64,000 nt of DNA from Squalus acanthias (lineage: Eukaryota), in assembly GCA_030390025.1 (NCBI GenBank), contig CM059432.1, positions 73,782,001-73,846,000 of the forward strand, read 5' to 3'. Below, piece by piece: positions 1 to 14,929 of the stretch (position 1 is its first letter; each line of letters opens with the position of its first letter). A model generated the notes under the pieces. The model was given only the letters and a program-made list of their open reading frames with translations, searched no databases and was not told the origin of the DNA. A program made the position numbers and the translations under genes.

Positions 1-2756
1 GGTAGGTACTGTGCCGGCTGCACAGAGCACAGAATGACATTACACCAAAAGCACAAAGGAGTGCAAAATCTGTAGAACCCTGGACACCCCCCCCCCACCC
101 CCCCCCCCCCCCGTGCGCCCCAAATGCATATTGAAATAAAACTTGCCTCATGGAGCAACACAAGCTCTTGTGCTGCTGGCAAAGAACCAGTGTAACATCA
201 TGAGCAGGCACCGAACCTGCACAGCAATGGAATTACTCATTCTGCGTTTCCTCTGCACTGCACATGTGCCAGTTGCACAAAGGAGGGCAAGTTCAGACTA
301 ATAGTTGCCTGTTTCAGGCTGAAAATAGATGTGCACTATAGAGATATCATCAGTGATCTAGTCATAATGTTAACAATTAAAATTATCTTGTTTTCATTCA
401 TTAAACTCTGGCATATTTCCTTTTAAATAAATATATTGGTTTCCAAAGATAATATAAAGAAAATTAAAATCTAAAGCAAAGCTTATAAAAATATTATTGC
501 ATATCTAGTGTAATATTTAATTCAAGTATATTATGGAACAATTTAGATTATCATAATTGTTCAAATCAAAATACTAGTCTTGTGTTTTGACATATTTACA
601 CGTGCTCATTAAGTATCTATGTTTGCATACTTGCAAAGCTTTGAAGGGAAAAGAAAATTTCACAGCAATTGTGCCATCAGAGCAAATATTATACAACATT
701 AAAACCAAATTACCAGAAATCCAGTGCACACAGAAGTGGCATGTCAGTACTTCATCATTATGGGACAACTTCCAAGGCATTACTCATGTGTTAGTCAATA
801 TTGTTGTATTTTGGTATATTTTACCAGTAAGCATAAAATGTCTACAAAATGTGAAAATGGAGGGAGGTCCACAAGAACCTTCACTGCCTTTAAAACTGGT
901 TCAGGTTTCAGTCTCTGACCTTGCAGTATAAAGCAAATGAATAGAACATTGTCCTCACGGAACAGAGTCTCAATAACTGGACATTTTCTGGGTCTGTGAG
1001 TTTTTACAATGAAATATCAAATCCAATCTATGTACATAATGCTCCAGTGACTGCCAGGAATGGAGTTAGTATTGATGGCCTTCAATATAGATCACATCAT
1101 TGGTGGAATAATGCTCCATAAATGATAGTTAACAAGTTTAATAGAACAACAGTAACGTTGAAAGATAAAGCAAATCACAAGTACATTTGTTCTATGCATC
1201 ACAAGTACCTTAGTCATCAACAAATGAATGTTGATACATTTAGTACATTATTATAAACATTGGGTTATTCATGTAAACCCATCAAGTTCAATACTTGTAC
1301 CTTTTTTGATGATATATTTGGTATTAAGTTACTTTATTGTGGCATTCAAATATCAGGAAAGCAGTGTTAAGTGGCAAAGAATTCTCTGACTGCAATGGAA
1401 CTGAATATCAGGCGCTGTGTATAACGGGCGGCCGATCCAATACCGCCCGTTCTGTGCCACCTCCCGAGATGAATTTCTAGGCCTTGATCTATCCATGTAA
1501 ACCTATCTGTCCAAATTGTATTTGAATCAACAAAAACAGGAGGACTGCATTGGATTTCTAGGAGGATAAATTCAGAAAAAAGCTATAAAAATAATGCTCT
1601 TCCATTTTCTAAATTAACAAAATAATTTGATTATTTGAACAAATAATTGCTTTTTTTTACATACTATATGTAAGATACTGATGGATGTTGAGTTAATAAC
1701 TTGTACTTTCTGGAATTATATACTCCCATTTAACCAGACTAGTTTTTGATATCATAAAGTTGAAAAATCTTTGGTACTACTTTATCCTTCTGTTAGACTT
1801 AAATTAAGACGACACAGATGGGAAAAGGAGTCTTCTTTCTAGAAGCCTAGCATTCCTTAATGGCTCAAGAACAATTGTGAAGAGTTTAATTTATCGATGA
1901 GGTCTTGCATGTGTTGTTGTCCTTTGTTATAAAGAAATTTGAGAAGATTTTTGGTATGGGGAGAAGGCAGTCAAATATGTTTTTCTATGTTAAAGGCACT
2001 ATATAAATGCAAGTTGTTGTATACAACAGGTGCCCAGCATTACTAAGGCTGGTAGGGTCTTCTAACAAGTAAAAAGCCCACCCAGAAAATGCAATCAATT
2101 GCAGCGTAATTGATTTGCTCTCCCCGACCGACACTTCCCACGGGATCTGTCAGAGACCCTGGCCTGGAAGATGGTGCCATAGACCTGAAACAACAAAGAT
2201 TTTCTGTGCCCACCCCCCCCCCCCTTTCCCTCCCGTGACAGGCAGAATTCTTTCTGGGAGCCCACCAAAAACAATTAAATTAGGCTCACCCTGAAAAATT
2301 CCCTGGGATCAGCAATGTATCTGTTGGGTGGGCAGAGGTCCTGACACACCACGCTTTTGGCGGCATAGATACCAACGAGGAAAATCTTGGCCTAATATGC
2401 TGAAACCACTGCACCACTGCACCCATTTCAGAACTTGTCTTTTTATCAGATCAATGTCATCAAAGTGGTATCCAGCCAAATGATGTTGCTGTCTCTGCAA
2501 AAGCCAGAATGCTAATCTAGACCAAGAATTTCAGCTTTTCAGGAACAATAAGCCATGCCGGACAGAACATCAGAATTGCCTCTAAGTAAATACAATTGTA
2601 GCAATGCTGACAACTTAAGTGACAAGGAAATTGAACATGGTAATCATTTATTTGTCTCAAGAGCCTATTTACATTGGATTCAAAACATTTATCAATGGAA
2701 TGACATTGACTCAAATCAGCAGAGATAGTGATAAAATGCATTTCCTTTACACATTG

Positions 2757-3587
2757 GGGGAATTTTAACATGGGTGAGCGGGTGGGTGTGGGTGCTGGTG
2801 GGGGGGTTAAATGGTCAAAAATTGCCAGCGTCTCAGGAAGCCGGCTCCAACCCGTCAATTTCTGGGTTTTACTGAGGCAGGACAAGAGGTGGGCAGCCAA
2901 CTCACTTCCAGGAATAAAAACAGAAAATGCTGGAAATACTCAGCAGGTCAGGCAGCATCTGTGGAGAGAGAAACAGAGTCAACATTTCAGGTCGATGACC
3001 CTTTGTCAGAACAGTCACTTCCAGGAGTCAGGTTGACATTTCAAATATGTTAATGAGGCTAGAAGCCTCGGATGTAACCTGTGGCTGACTGGGTTTCCTG
3101 GGGCTTGGGAAAGCTGGGAGCTGCAGCGAGACGAGGACAGACTCGGGGAGCAATCCTTGTAGGCCAGGAGGAGCAGGGGTGCTTCCTTCCAGCCCACCCC
3201 CACCATCAGACAACCCCCCCACCCCCATCCCGCCCATACAACCCCCCACCCCGGGTCAGGGATCTGACCCTCTCTGCAATCAGACCCCCCAGGGTCGGTA
3301 ATCGGACCCTCCTTAGGTTTGGAACCCCCATTCCCCCGGGTCAGGGATCAGACCCCCCTTGGGATCGGACCTATCTGATCCTGTGGCCTCCTCCAGATTG
3401 CTCCCCGCCCGACTGGAATCCAAGCATGTCAATCAGGCTGACTTCTGGGCAGAGAACCTGTCAATGACGTAAGACGCACGCTATGGAGTTAAATCTCGAC
3501 AGCATGCGGGGATACACTGACTTCCGAGTTTCCCGCGCACTACCGGACACCCCCGCTCCCAGCACATCCAGAAGTAAAAATTCCCTC
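2757..3587. mobile_element. Non-autonomous PIF/Harbinger-like element (MITE) containing a Penelope-derived fragment
   Basis: Terminal inverted motifs ggggaatttt / aaaattccct, and a GC-rich interior similar to other MITEs in the window. Confidence 0.55.
2913..3012 (-). mobile_element. Penelope-derived terminal-repeat fragment with a degenerate hammerhead core
   Basis: Same family as 15879-16093. The minus strand reads GTT CTGACAA AGGGTC ATC GACCT GAAA TG TT GAC, with core G8 mutated to A. Confidence 0.65.
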
Positions 3588-4087
3588 ATTGTGTAGTTTG
3601 ATAAATTAAAATCTATTGCTATTTCTATATAAATGACAAACATTAAAAAGATTCTATTAAAGTGGATTTGTAAAAAATAATCAATTTAGATTAAAACCAA
3701 AATATCTATCATAAATTGGTGAACTTGTGATTTAAATATTTTGGAACAGTTTCAAAATGCAATCTGGATAAGCGAGGAATGGATGTTGTTTGTGGCGGTA
3801 AAATATGCAAAGAATGACTCGGAGAAGATTTTTGTATACTTATTGGATCTGTAACTGAAATTATTTGCATGCACAACATGTCTTGCAAGCCTGTGTGCAT
3901 TAAACAGTGCTCTACATACCTGTATGTCTGCATATATCTTTTTTAATTTAAGCAAAGGAAGCAGGAAAGAAAACTAACACTCCTATATGCATTTTAGGCT
4001 GTCATTGTACATATTTATATTTCATAAGATCTGTATATAATTTTCACAGAAGATGCAGGAAAGTACATTGGATTTTTGTTGCATTCC

Positions 4088-5482
4088 TTTTATTCATTCA
4101 TGGGATTTGGGCGTCATTGGCAAGGCCAGCATTTATTGCCCATCCCTAATTGCCCTTGAGAAGGTGGTGATGAGATGCCTTCTTGAACCGCTGCAGTCCG
4201 TGTGGTGAAGGTACTCCCACAGTGCTGTTAGGGAGGGAGTTCCAAGATTTTGACCCAGCGACGATGAAGGAGCAGTGATATATTTCCAAGTCAGGATAGT
4301 GTGTAACTGGGAGGGGAACATGGAGGTGGTGGTGTTTTCATGCGTCTGCTGCCCTTGTCCTTCTCGGTAGTAGATGTTGTGGGTTTAGGAGGTGCTGTCG
4401 AAGAAGCCTTGGCGACTTGCTGCAGTGCAACTTGTAGATGGTACACACTGCAGACATGGTGCACCGGTGGTGGAGGGAGTGAATGTTTAAGGTGGTGGAT
4501 GGTGTGCCAATCAAGCGGGCTGCTTTATCCTGGATGGTGTCGAGCTTCTTGAGTGTTGTTGGAGCTGCACTCATCCACGCAAGTGGAGAGTATTCCATCA
4601 CACTCCTTACTTGTGCCTTGTAGATGGTGGAAAGGCTTTGGGGAGTCAAGAGGTGAGTCACTCACCGCAGAATACCCAGCCTCTGACCTGCTCTTGTAGC
4701 CATAGTACTTATGTGGCTGGTCCAGTTAAGTTTCTGGTCAAGGTTGACCCCCAGGATGTTGATGGTAGGGGATTCGATGATGGTTATGCCGTTGAATGTC
4801 AAGGAGAGGTGGTTAGACTTTCGCTTGTTGGAGATGGTCATTGCCTGGCACTTGTGTGGCGTGAATGTTACTTGCCACTTATTAGCCCAAGCCTGAATGT
4901 TGTCCAGGTCTTGCTGCATGTGGGCACGGACTGCTTCATTATCTAAGGAGTTGCAAATGGAACTGAACACTGTGCAATCATCAGCAAACATCCTCACTTC
5001 TGACCTTATGATGAGGGAAGGTCATTGATGAAGCAGCTGAAGATGGTTGGGCCTAGGACTCCTGAGGAACTCCTGCAGCGATGTCCTGGGGCTGAGATGA
5101 TCGACCTCCAACAACCACAACTATCTTCCTTCGTGCTAGGTATAACTGTAGCCAGTGGAGACTTTTCTCCCTGATTCCCATTAACTTCAATTTGACTAGG
5201 GCTCCTTGATACCACACTCGGTCAAATGTTGCCTTGATGTCAAGGGAAGTCACTCTCACCTCACCTCTGGAATTCAGATCTTTTATCTGTACTGGAACAG
5301 CTTGGCTAGAAGTGCAGCTAGTTCCAGAGCACAAGTCTTCAGCGCTACAGCCGGGATGTTGTTGGAGCCCACAGCCTTTGCTGTATCCAGTGCGCTCAGC
5401 CGTTTCTTGACATCACATGGAGTGAATCGAATCGGCTGAAGACTGGCTTCTGTGATGGTGGGGACCTCAGGAGGAGGCTGAG
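4088..5482 (-). mobile_element. CR1/L2-group LINE (family B), 5'-truncated, frameshifted reverse transcriptase
   Basis: ORF pieces LDIKATFDRVW, GVPQ-S-LGPTIFSCFIND, MFADDCT, YKAQVRSVMEYSPLAW; (GAAT)n-A tail at the low-coordinate end. Confidence 0.9.
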
Positions 5483-5879
5483 TTATGTATACGCTGGCAG
5501 CAGACAATGCTTAAGGGTCAAAACAATTTGTTTGGTATGTTTCTGGGCTACAATTGTGCTGCAGGTATTGGTTTCCTAACAATATTGTTTGGTGGGTTAG
5601 GCTGCTGTCTTGACCAAGGTCGGAAAGGGCACCACTGGAGGCTTATGTACTAATCCCGTGCTGATCTCCATCCACCTCCTAAGAGGCATGGGGAAGGAAA
5701 GAAAAGTACAACAAAAGTATAGAATATAGAATTCTCAAAATACTTTCTGCACTTCCAAGAATCTAGGGACCCAGAAAGAAAACCTATGCCATAGATAACG
5801 AGTTGTTTAGTAACCTTTGCCCTCTATGTGGGATCACTCACTGCTCCCTAAACATTGCGTTTTGTGCTGAGTCTCAATT

Positions 5880-6190
5880 CTAGGAATATAAGAACATTAG
5901 GAACAGGAGTAGGCCATTCAGTCCCTCAAGCCTGCTCCACCATTTAATTAGATCATGGCTGATCTGCACCTCAACTCCATTTTCTTGCTTTTGCTCCATA
6001 TCCCTTGATACCTTTACCTAACAAAAATCTATCTCAGTCTTGAAAACTCCAACTCCTAGCAGCCACAGCCTTTGGGGGGAATCGTGTCCCAGATTTCTAC
6101 TACCATCTGTGTGAAGAAGTGCTTCCTGCTAAACTCCTGAGTGGCCCAGCTCTAACTTTAAGATTATGTCCCCTTGTCTTGATTCCTCTT
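5880..6190 (-). mobile_element. CR1 LINE 3' fragment
   Basis: taagaacattaggaacaggagtaggccattc is the reverse complement of the CR1 tail near 12440-12476. Confidence 0.8.
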
Positions 6191-8869
6191 GTTTCACGAG
6201 TACAAGGCTCACCATAAATCCACCTGGCCCATGTCATTACATCATTCTCAAAATGCTGTGGCTGCCTGCCTCGGGCTTTGTACTTTCATGGGAATAGAGG
6301 AGCCGCTTAGCTCAGCATACCTTCTATGTGGGGGGAGAGGGCAAGTGAGAGGAATACTTCTGTAAGGAATGTAGGAGAGTCAAAATGGTGTGACCATCCT
6401 CTCTTGGGACGGTGTTTCTAAGGTAGAGTTAAAATGCCTGTTGCTCACCCTCCTGTCTTTGGATGAATAGGAAGTGGCCAGTGTTTGGCCCTTCCCTCAG
6501 TTCGTTGTGTGTTTGAAAGCTCTGGGGACTGAGTTTCTTGTAGGAAAGTTATATCTGCATGCTCTTTCTTGAGATAAAGGAGTCTATTGTGGTTCAGCTT
6601 AGTGTTGACTTTCAGGGACATAACCTTGAGCTCAGCTGAGTTGAAGATTGTGCTAGTCTATCATACAGTTTATTTTCTTCTTGTGCCTCAAGCTGCAGAT
6701 TGGTATCGGAGTGATGCACCTAAACATTACAAGGATGCCTTCTTAAACCGGAGCTCCACAGCGGTTTTGCACTCTCCTCAATTTTGGGGCTTCTCAGATA
6801 GCAAGCAGAAGCAGATGCTGATGTCCTCGGTCATGTTGTAGTCATGGGGATTCTTCCCGCTGCCAGATCAACAGGCCAGGCACACACGACAGGTGGAGGG
6901 GTGTGGGAGAGAGAGGAAGTCTGTAACTTTCCGATCTGAATATTTCCATTTAAAAGTGAGTTTCTTGCTTGTTAAGGACTCTCCGGTGAAGCATTATGAT
7001 GAATGCAGTGCCTGTTTTCTGGTTTGCGTGGTATATTTTGCAGGAAATTCAAATCAATGTCTGGAGGCAGCTGGCCAGGTCATGATGACATCAGAAATGT
7101 CTGCATATATTTTTACATTCATTCTTTCACCACACATAAGGCTATCTGTAGTTCAAGTGGTTATATTAAATGCATTGAGTGGTTTAGCATTGACTAATCT
7201 TCACCGTACATATACATACACTTAAAGGATAAAGTGACTAAGTGGAAATATATTGATGGAAATTTTTGTCTTCATGAGTGCATGCACATGACATAAAGAA
7301 GTATGCAAAAGGGCCCTACATTGTATCAATGCGTTTATAATTTTTCCATTGGTGGTAAGGGAAAAATTGAATTGTTTCAACAGTATGCTTTGCACATGTT
7401 CACGCACAGTGCCCAGCTTTAATGGGATAGATGGGACAGACTCACCCAGGGTAAGTTGCTTTTCCACCTGTTCATAATAGGTTTTATTATGAAAGTGTGC
7501 AAAGTAGTCTTTTTCCCAGTTACCAACTTGTCTCTTTCCATTTACTCTTTTACCGATGTTTGTAGGACATGGTTTTAACTGCAGACAGAGCTAACAAATG
7601 AAGATTGACTGTGAGCTGAAGGGACATGACAAGTTGTTGTGCATAAATTGTAGTCTTGTCGATGTGCATGGGCAGAATAGAAGTGGAAAACAATACAGCT
7701 GCAATGTGCACATGGTAACAGGGAAAAAATTCCACTGTGCAAACACACACAATATTACCAATAAACTGGCAGACAACAATAAAAATGAGCTCTGTAAAGT
7801 TTCAAAAGTGATACAAATGTTTTCCGTGCAACAATAGAACTCAAGATAAATCTTCATTAAAAAAATTACAGGGCAGCCAAGATAAACAAAAATCTAAACA
7901 TGAGGATTGGAAGGTTTGGCAGTGAAACGGTTGGGGAGGTTTGGCATCAGTCATGTGATCTCAAAGCATTTCCTGGTGCCTCCAATACTGCTTCTACTAC
8001 TCATTTCACCGCTCCTAATGTTACAAATACACACTTGTTTACTCACTAGTGTTAGTACTGGTACAAATAGCAAATGTTCTCCTCAACTACACAAGCAGCA
8101 AGTGGTACAGGTCTATTATGTGTGACACCAAGCCTTATTAACACAGCACTCTCATCTTGCAGTCTCAAGCATAATGTATCAATCCAGTAATTTGGCACAT
8201 CATTGTTCACCAACAGATCAATCAACAGTGTTATTTTTAGTCTTTATTCTGGGTGGTAGACCAAAATCAGACCTCTCTGATTCCAAGTCTGAAGACACTC
8301 CTAGAGGTAGAAGAAAAAGCAGAGTTTTCTCTATTGTTCTATTTTAAGCAGATGAACACACACCTATTAAGTTTTCAGCAAGGTATCTGCCTCAAAAACA
8401 AAACAAAACCTTCTGGGAGGCTAATAAGGAAGTAGGCAGTTTCACAGAGGCTAGATTAGGGACCATATTTTCCTCTATCTGTTACTTTATATGACAAAGT
8501 TAGATGTGAGTAAACAGATTAGCAGGATAAGCATTAAGTGCCAATGGACTTTTCTCCTGTTTTTACCACTGCTCTGAGACTACCCCTCTCCCCTTTGTTA
8601 AAATGTGTTTATGAAAATTAGCCTAAAAGTGTGCTTGTTAAGTACTGTCAAGGTCTTGTTAAAGGCCAATAAGGAGAAACTCATGGCAATTGCACACAGA
8701 ATAAAAACAAAACTTGAGTTCAGCACTCACATTCAGACCCATGAGTTAGTTGTACAATGGATGACGAAGACGTCTTAGTTTCTTCACAGGAGTAGGGTAG
8801 TCTAGTGGTTATCCACTGGACAAGCAACACTGAGGTTGGGGCACAGTGTTATACAGTCAAGTGAGCGTG

Positions 8870-10835
8870 GCCATGGGAGTCCTCAACATTTACGCTGGAC
8901 TCCATGAAGTCTCATGGCTTCAGAGCAAAATAGGCCAAAGAAGCCTCCTGCTAACCCGCCTCCCCCAACTGATGAATAAGTACTCTTTGTTGAACACCAC
9001 TTGGAGGAACCACTGAGGGAGGTAAGGGCATAAAATTTACTGTGGATGGGAGACTTCAATGTCAACCAAATCAGAAGTGCCAACAATGACTGAGTTGGCC
9101 AAGTCCTGAATGCTATTTCTGCCAGACTGAGCTTGAGTCAGGTTGTTAGGAAACCAACACAAGGAAGTCATCTACTTAACCTCGTTCTCACCATCCTATT
9201 TGTCACAGAAGTTGATAGGAGTAACCACCATTTAATCCCTGTGAAAACAAAGTCTCATCTTCACAGTAAGGTCACCTTCCATCATTTAATGTAGCAGTAC
9301 TACAGTGCTAAATAGGACAGACTAAGACAGATCTACCAGCCCAAAACTGAGCATCTAGGAGGCCCTGTCAGCAGAAGAATTTTATACCACCACAATCTGT
9401 AACCTCATGGCTTGGCACATCCGTCACTTCTCCATCTGCATCAACCTTGGTTCAATGGGGAGTGCAGCACCACCAGGCATACCTTAGAATGAGGTACCAA
9501 TCTAGAAGGTACAACACACGGCTACCTGCATACTAAACACCAAAAGCAGCGGGCTATAGTGCAGGAGACAGGGCTGAAGTGTCTACAAGTGTCTTCAGCC
9601 AAAAGTGCCAGGTGAACAATCCTACTTGGCCTTCTGGCCAGGTCCCCAGCATCATAGATGCCAAAGCCCAGCCAATTCGGTTCACTGCACGTGACATTAA
9701 GAAATAGCTGAGTACACTGGATACAGCTAAGGCTATGGGCCCTCATAAAATCCCAGCTGCATTAATGAAGACCTTTGCACCAAAACTAACCATCTCCCTA
9801 GCCAAGCTATTTCAGTGCAATCTAGAAAATTGCCCAAATATGTCCTATCCATAAAAGGCAAGACAAATCTAAACTGGCCAATTACCATCCTGTCAACTTC
9901 TTCCCAATCATTAGCAAGGTGATGGAAGAAATCATCAATAGCGCCATCAAGTGATACCTACTCACCACTAACCTGCTCACCAATGCTCAGTTCATTTTCT
10001 GCCAGAACCATTCAGCTCCAGATCTCATTGCAGCATTGACCTATACATGGATGCAAGGGCTAAAGGCCAGGAGAGGTGAGAGTAGCTGCCCTCAACATCA
10101 AGGCAGTATTCAACCGAGAATGGCACCAAGGAATCCTAGCAAAATTGAGGTCAATGACAATCAGTGGTAAAAGCCTGCAGTGACTGGAGTCATACCTGAC
10201 ACACAGGGAAATTATTGTGATTATCAGAGGCCAATCGTTGTAGCCCTACTTATTTCCAGAGTTCCCCGGGGCAGCATCCTGAGTCCAACTATCTTCAACT
10301 GCTTCATCAATGATCTTCCTTCCAACATAAAGTCAGGAGTGGGAGTGCTCGTTGACAATTCTACAGTGTTTAGCTCCATTCACAAGATCCAGGCTTGAGT
10401 CACATAAGTTCCAGGTGATGACCATCTCCAAGAAGAGAAAGCCCAACTACCTCTCCCGACCTTCAAAAGCACCATCACTGAGTCCCCTACCATCAACATC
10501 CTGGGGGTCACCATTAACCAGAACCTTAACTGGACCAGATATATCAACATTGTGGCTAAGCAGAGCAGAAGCTTGGTACAGTGTGACAAATGGCTCATCT
10601 CCTGACCCCTCAATCCTCTCCACTGTCTACAAGGCTCACCACTCACCTAGATGGGTGCAACCTCAACAACACTGAAGAAGTTCGACACCATCCAGCACAA
10701 GGCAGCCCAGGAACCTTGCTGTTGCACTCAATATCCACCTCCCTCCACCACCAGCATACTGTGGCTGTAGTATGCACGATCTACAGGATGCATTGCCACA
10801 ACTCACCTAGCTTACTTTGACAGCCCCTACCAGCC
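8870..10835 (+). mobile_element. Degenerate family-B LINE (endonuclease-RT region)
   Basis: GDFNV-type motif near 9048, RVPRGSILSPTIFNCFINDLP near 10260, and similarity to 4088-5482; many stops. Confidence 0.85.
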
Positions 10836-11006
10836 CTACAGTGTTAAAATAAAAACTGTATCAAGAATATTTCATTTTCACAGGACCTGCCATAGGAGGT
10901 GAATACTTTGTGACAACCCCCAAGCATTAATTTTGATAAATGTGTGTAAGTGTGTGGCCACACTGATATCTTACATGAGCTTCAGATTTAGATTTAGATG
11001 TTGGGA

Positions 11007-11517
11007 GGCCTCAAAATTCCTGGGAGCCTGGGAGCCCGCTCTGCCAGTGCCAGTGTGTGCCAAAAGTCAAACCCTGTCCCAAATTGCAAAGACAGGGTTA
11101 TTTTCATGGCTGCTTTAGGCACATTACACCTGCTATGGCATTTCAGCCTGAACCATTGGTCAGATGTCAGAAACGCACCGTGCTGCTCCATCAGCAGTTA
11201 AAAGGCCTATCGAGGGCCTAAAAGATTAACTTAATTTTAAAAAAATCTTCTGCTCCTAATCGACCAAGTGGGTCTCTTGGGGAAGTAATTGATTTTCACC
11301 AGGATCAATTAGCTTTCGCCGATAAAGGTTTGGGATCTTCTTAAGGCTCTCAGGAGAACTCATGCCAGCTCTCAGGTGGTATGAGCTCCCCGAGGCTTAT
11401 AGGGGCAGAATGGCAACATTTCCCAGGGAGCCCAAGAACTCCACCAGATACATCTCGTTGACATAGGGAGACAAGGCAACCCCCACCCCACCCCCCCGCA
11501 CCGGAATTTAAAGGGCC
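11007..11517. mobile_element. Harbinger-like MITE
   Basis: Imperfect TIRs ggcctcaaaattcc / ggaatttaaagggcc. Confidence 0.5.
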
Positions 11518-11644
11518 AGTGTAAACGGGTCAGAATCCTAGTGTAACCAGGTTCTACACCAAATTCCTGGGCTACTGAAGATTCATGGGAAGATGGAAGT
11601 CATAGAATTCAGGACGGATGATGTAACCACATCCTAAATCCATC

Positions 11645-12476
11645 ATGGCAGATGAATATAATGTGGATAAATGTGAAGTTATCCACTTTGGTAGAAAAAA
11701 CAGAAAGGCAGAGTATTTCCTAAATGGTGAAAGATTGGGGAATGCAGATGCTCAAAGGGACCTGGATGTCCTTGTACATGAGTCACTGAAAGTGAATGTG
11801 CAGGTGCAGCAAGCCATTAGGAAGGCAAATGGTATGCTGGCCTTCATTACAAGAGGATTTGAGTACAGGAGTAAAGAAGTCTTACTCCAATTATATAGAA
11901 CCTTGGTGAGACCACACCTGGAGTACTGTGTACAATTTTGGTCTCCTTACCTAAGGAAGGATATACTTGCCATAGAGGGAGTGCAACGAAGGTTCACGAG
12001 ATTGATTCCTGGGATGACGGGACTGTCGTATGAGAAGAGATTGAGTAAACTAGGCCTGTATTCTCTTGAATTCAGAAGAATGAGAGGGGATCTCATTGAA
12101 GCATACAAAATTATTACAGGGCTTGATAGGATGGATGCTGGGAGAATGTTTCCCTTGGCTGGGGAGTCTAGAACCAGGGGCCACAGCCTCAAGTTAAAGG
12201 GTAGGCCATTCAGGACTGAGATGAGAAGAAATTTCTTCACACAGAGGGTGGTGAATCTTTGGAATTCTCTACCCCAGAGGGCTGTGGAGGCTCAGTCATT
12301 GGGTACATTCAAAACAGAAGTCGATATATTTCTGACTAGTAAGGGCATCAAGGGATATGGCGATAGGGCCGGTGAATGGAGTTGAGGCAGAAGACCAGCC
12401 ATGATCTCATTGAATGGCGGAGCAGGCGCGAAGGGCCGAATGGCCTACTCCTGCTCCTATTTCTTATGTTCTTATG
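11645..12476 (+). mobile_element. CR1 LINE, 5'-truncated; C-terminal ORF2 frame intact (246 aa)
   Basis: KCEVIHFG, LYRTLVRPHLEYCVQFWSP, RTRGHSLKL, FFTQRVVNLWNSLP; (TTCTTATG)2 tail. Confidence 0.95.
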
Positions 12477-13601
12477 TCCACATCTGTGCTACTAAGAGGG
12501 TGGGTGTTTTTTCAGCCCAATCTCAAAACAGCTGGAATTTATGGCATAGATAAATGTAGAAGTAACCCAGCGGATCTACAGACAACCCCAAATTCCTGTT
12601 TCTTCCCCCCACCCCCCCGGTGCAATAAACAATTTCAGCCCTCCCCAACCCAGGAATTTCGGGCCCTAGTCTTTATCTGCCACTTATTAGTAACATGAAC
12701 TCTACACGGTTCTTTAGTATGATGAATGCTGACCATGTAATTCAAAAGTAAGCAGAAGAGCAGAGCATGGTAACACAGTTTCTTCTATAAGGCCTCAATT
12801 TGGTCACCATTTTGGAAGCCAACGCATCTAAATGTATAATTAGCTCCTCTAAAATGCTCACTCAGTCATGACTGGTTCCAGCACTTACAACTTGCTGAAT
12901 TCCATATGGCTTTGCTGCAAAAACATCTTAATCTGCCTTCAAAATGTTTATTTTTGACACCCACACAATATTTGAGGCAAATGTATGCAAGTAAGGAGAC
13001 AGGAGCCATATGTCTGCTACACCTAACATGCTGGAACATATATATGTGTATTAATGGCATCCATAACAAAAGGTGAAGCAAAAACTCCTTAAACTACAGT
13101 AAGGTGCAGAGACTTGTTAAATAGTTTGAATCTAGAATTTGTCTGCTTGTTATTGAATGAGTCTACTCGAGTACTAACTCTAATTGCAGAAGTGAGCATG
13201 TTTATTTATTTTCCTATCATTTTCTGGCTTTAGAAATTATTTTGTTTATTTTATATATTAATGAATATTGAAAATACAGAGTTAATGAATGGACACAATG
13301 GGGGGTTAAATTGGATAACTGCTGAAAACAGGCGCAGGGATCGCAATGCGTGATTAACCCACACCCGTTGATTGCAATGCAGGCAGGACGTCAAATTCGT
13401 ACTGCCTGCTCATTTCCATGATTGCTGCGTGCAGCCAGCACTCCCTGTGCTTTTCATTGTCTGCACGCATCAGCAGGGTGCCAGATATCATGAGTGCCTA
13501 GCGCTACTTAAAAGCAGCCTGTACCTCTTAAAGGGGAGGTACATTGTGGCTGCTGGAGGTGCTGCGAATATTTTCAAAAGTGTACTGTGGAAGATTCAAC
13601 A

Positions 13602-13841
13602 ATGGCTGAAAATGGTAGAGAGTGTGCACCAAGGTTTTCAGACACTGCACTGGAGGTCTTGGTGGAAGAGGTAGAATGGAGGAGAGATGGCCTGTGTCCT
13701 CAGGGAGGCATGAGACCCTCCAGACACATGCTCAGGAGGCAGTGGGAAGAGATAGCGGCGGAGGTCAATTCCAGGAGTATAGCTGCAAGAACCTGGATGC
13801 AGTGTAGGAAGAAGTTTAATGATCTCACATGAGTTGTCAAG
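13602..13841 (+). pseudogene. Harbinger Myb/SANT-like DNA-binding protein, first exon (premature TGA)
   Basis: MAENGRECAPRFSDTALEVLVEEV...WEEIAAEVNSRSIAARTWMQCRKKFNDLT*VVK, then a donor (gtcagt); trihelix/Myb-SANT pattern. A later exon remnant lies at ~14100-14722. Confidence 0.85.
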
Positions 13842-14929
13842 GTCAGTGAGTTTATCTTCAAATGCCATATCCTACTAACTGCACCACTAGCCTCAACCAC
13901 TGCTCAATTCACTACCCCCCATCACCCATCTACCAATAATCTCTATCAATAAAAACTCAACCCTACCATTCATATGCTTTACCTCACCATCATACACTTA
14001 GCACTGTTGCAAGCCTCACACCCACATCTCACAGCTCGCACACACTGGCAGCTCTTCAACCATGACAGCCGCATCACCCAAACATATTGCACAACACTCC
14101 CTGTCAAGGAGCACAGAGGAGTCCAGCACCAACCTGGAACACGGCTTTGCGCAGAGCTTGGAGCCCATCCTTTCCAACATGGGACAAGTGGTTACCTCCA
14201 TCACCACACCTGTGGAACCAACCATGATGTAGCGTCTGATGGCCAATGTCACAGCTTCCAGTGCAGCACAAGTAGCTTCTACTAAAAGTCAGAGTGCTGC
14301 AGTGGAAGATCAGACTGCTGTCATGCAATCTCAGACTGCTGCCATCATGGCTCTGGGTACCAGTGTTCAAGGGGGCTTCCAGGGTGTCACAGCACTCCAG
14401 CAATCTGTTCTGCAACAGATTACTAGGATTGCTGAGGCGCCGCCCTAGGGCAGTGGCTCCATGGAGTACGAACCTGCTGTCCTCTCTCAGGATAACATTC
14501 ATCCTCCCACCCCTGGCACTCCTCACCCCTGTAGCCCAGGCCGAGATGGTGCAGTCTGAAGCCAGGCCTTCTAGGCCCAGAGCTGCTCGAGGTCACCCGC
14601 CAAGGCCATCTGCAGTCTTCTCAACTGAAGGTCAGCAGCCTTCCACCAGCCATGCTGTAGTCACTGGGGAAGCACACCGTAGAAGCACTAAGAGAGGCAA
14701 AGGAACATGGAAGAGGCACTAAGGGAATGCACAAGGGGGATTAGTTTATTTTTGTATGCATGATGTCATGATTTAATTTATAAATTTGGATTGGAATTTG
14801 TATTTTGTGTTGGTTTTTATTTTTACATTGTGAGAAAGAGGACGATGTGATGGTCAGTGACAGAGGAAAGGTAAGGAGTGTGGGATGTTTGATGAATGGG
14901 GAGTTGTGGTTGAGGTTACTGGTATCGCT

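Noticed and set aside
2913..3012. Active hammerhead ribozyme
   Set aside because: The core reads CUGACAA (essential G8 lost) and the stem III palindrome is mutated.
5530..6920. Possible LTR/DIRS retroelement remnant
   Set aside because: Somewhat GC-richer sequence, but I could not identify gag/pol motifs or terminal repeats.
11645..12385. 246-aa and other long ORFs (17499, 22340, 28449, 38413) as host genes
   Set aside because: All are C-terminal fragments of LINE ORF2 within 5'-truncated elements.
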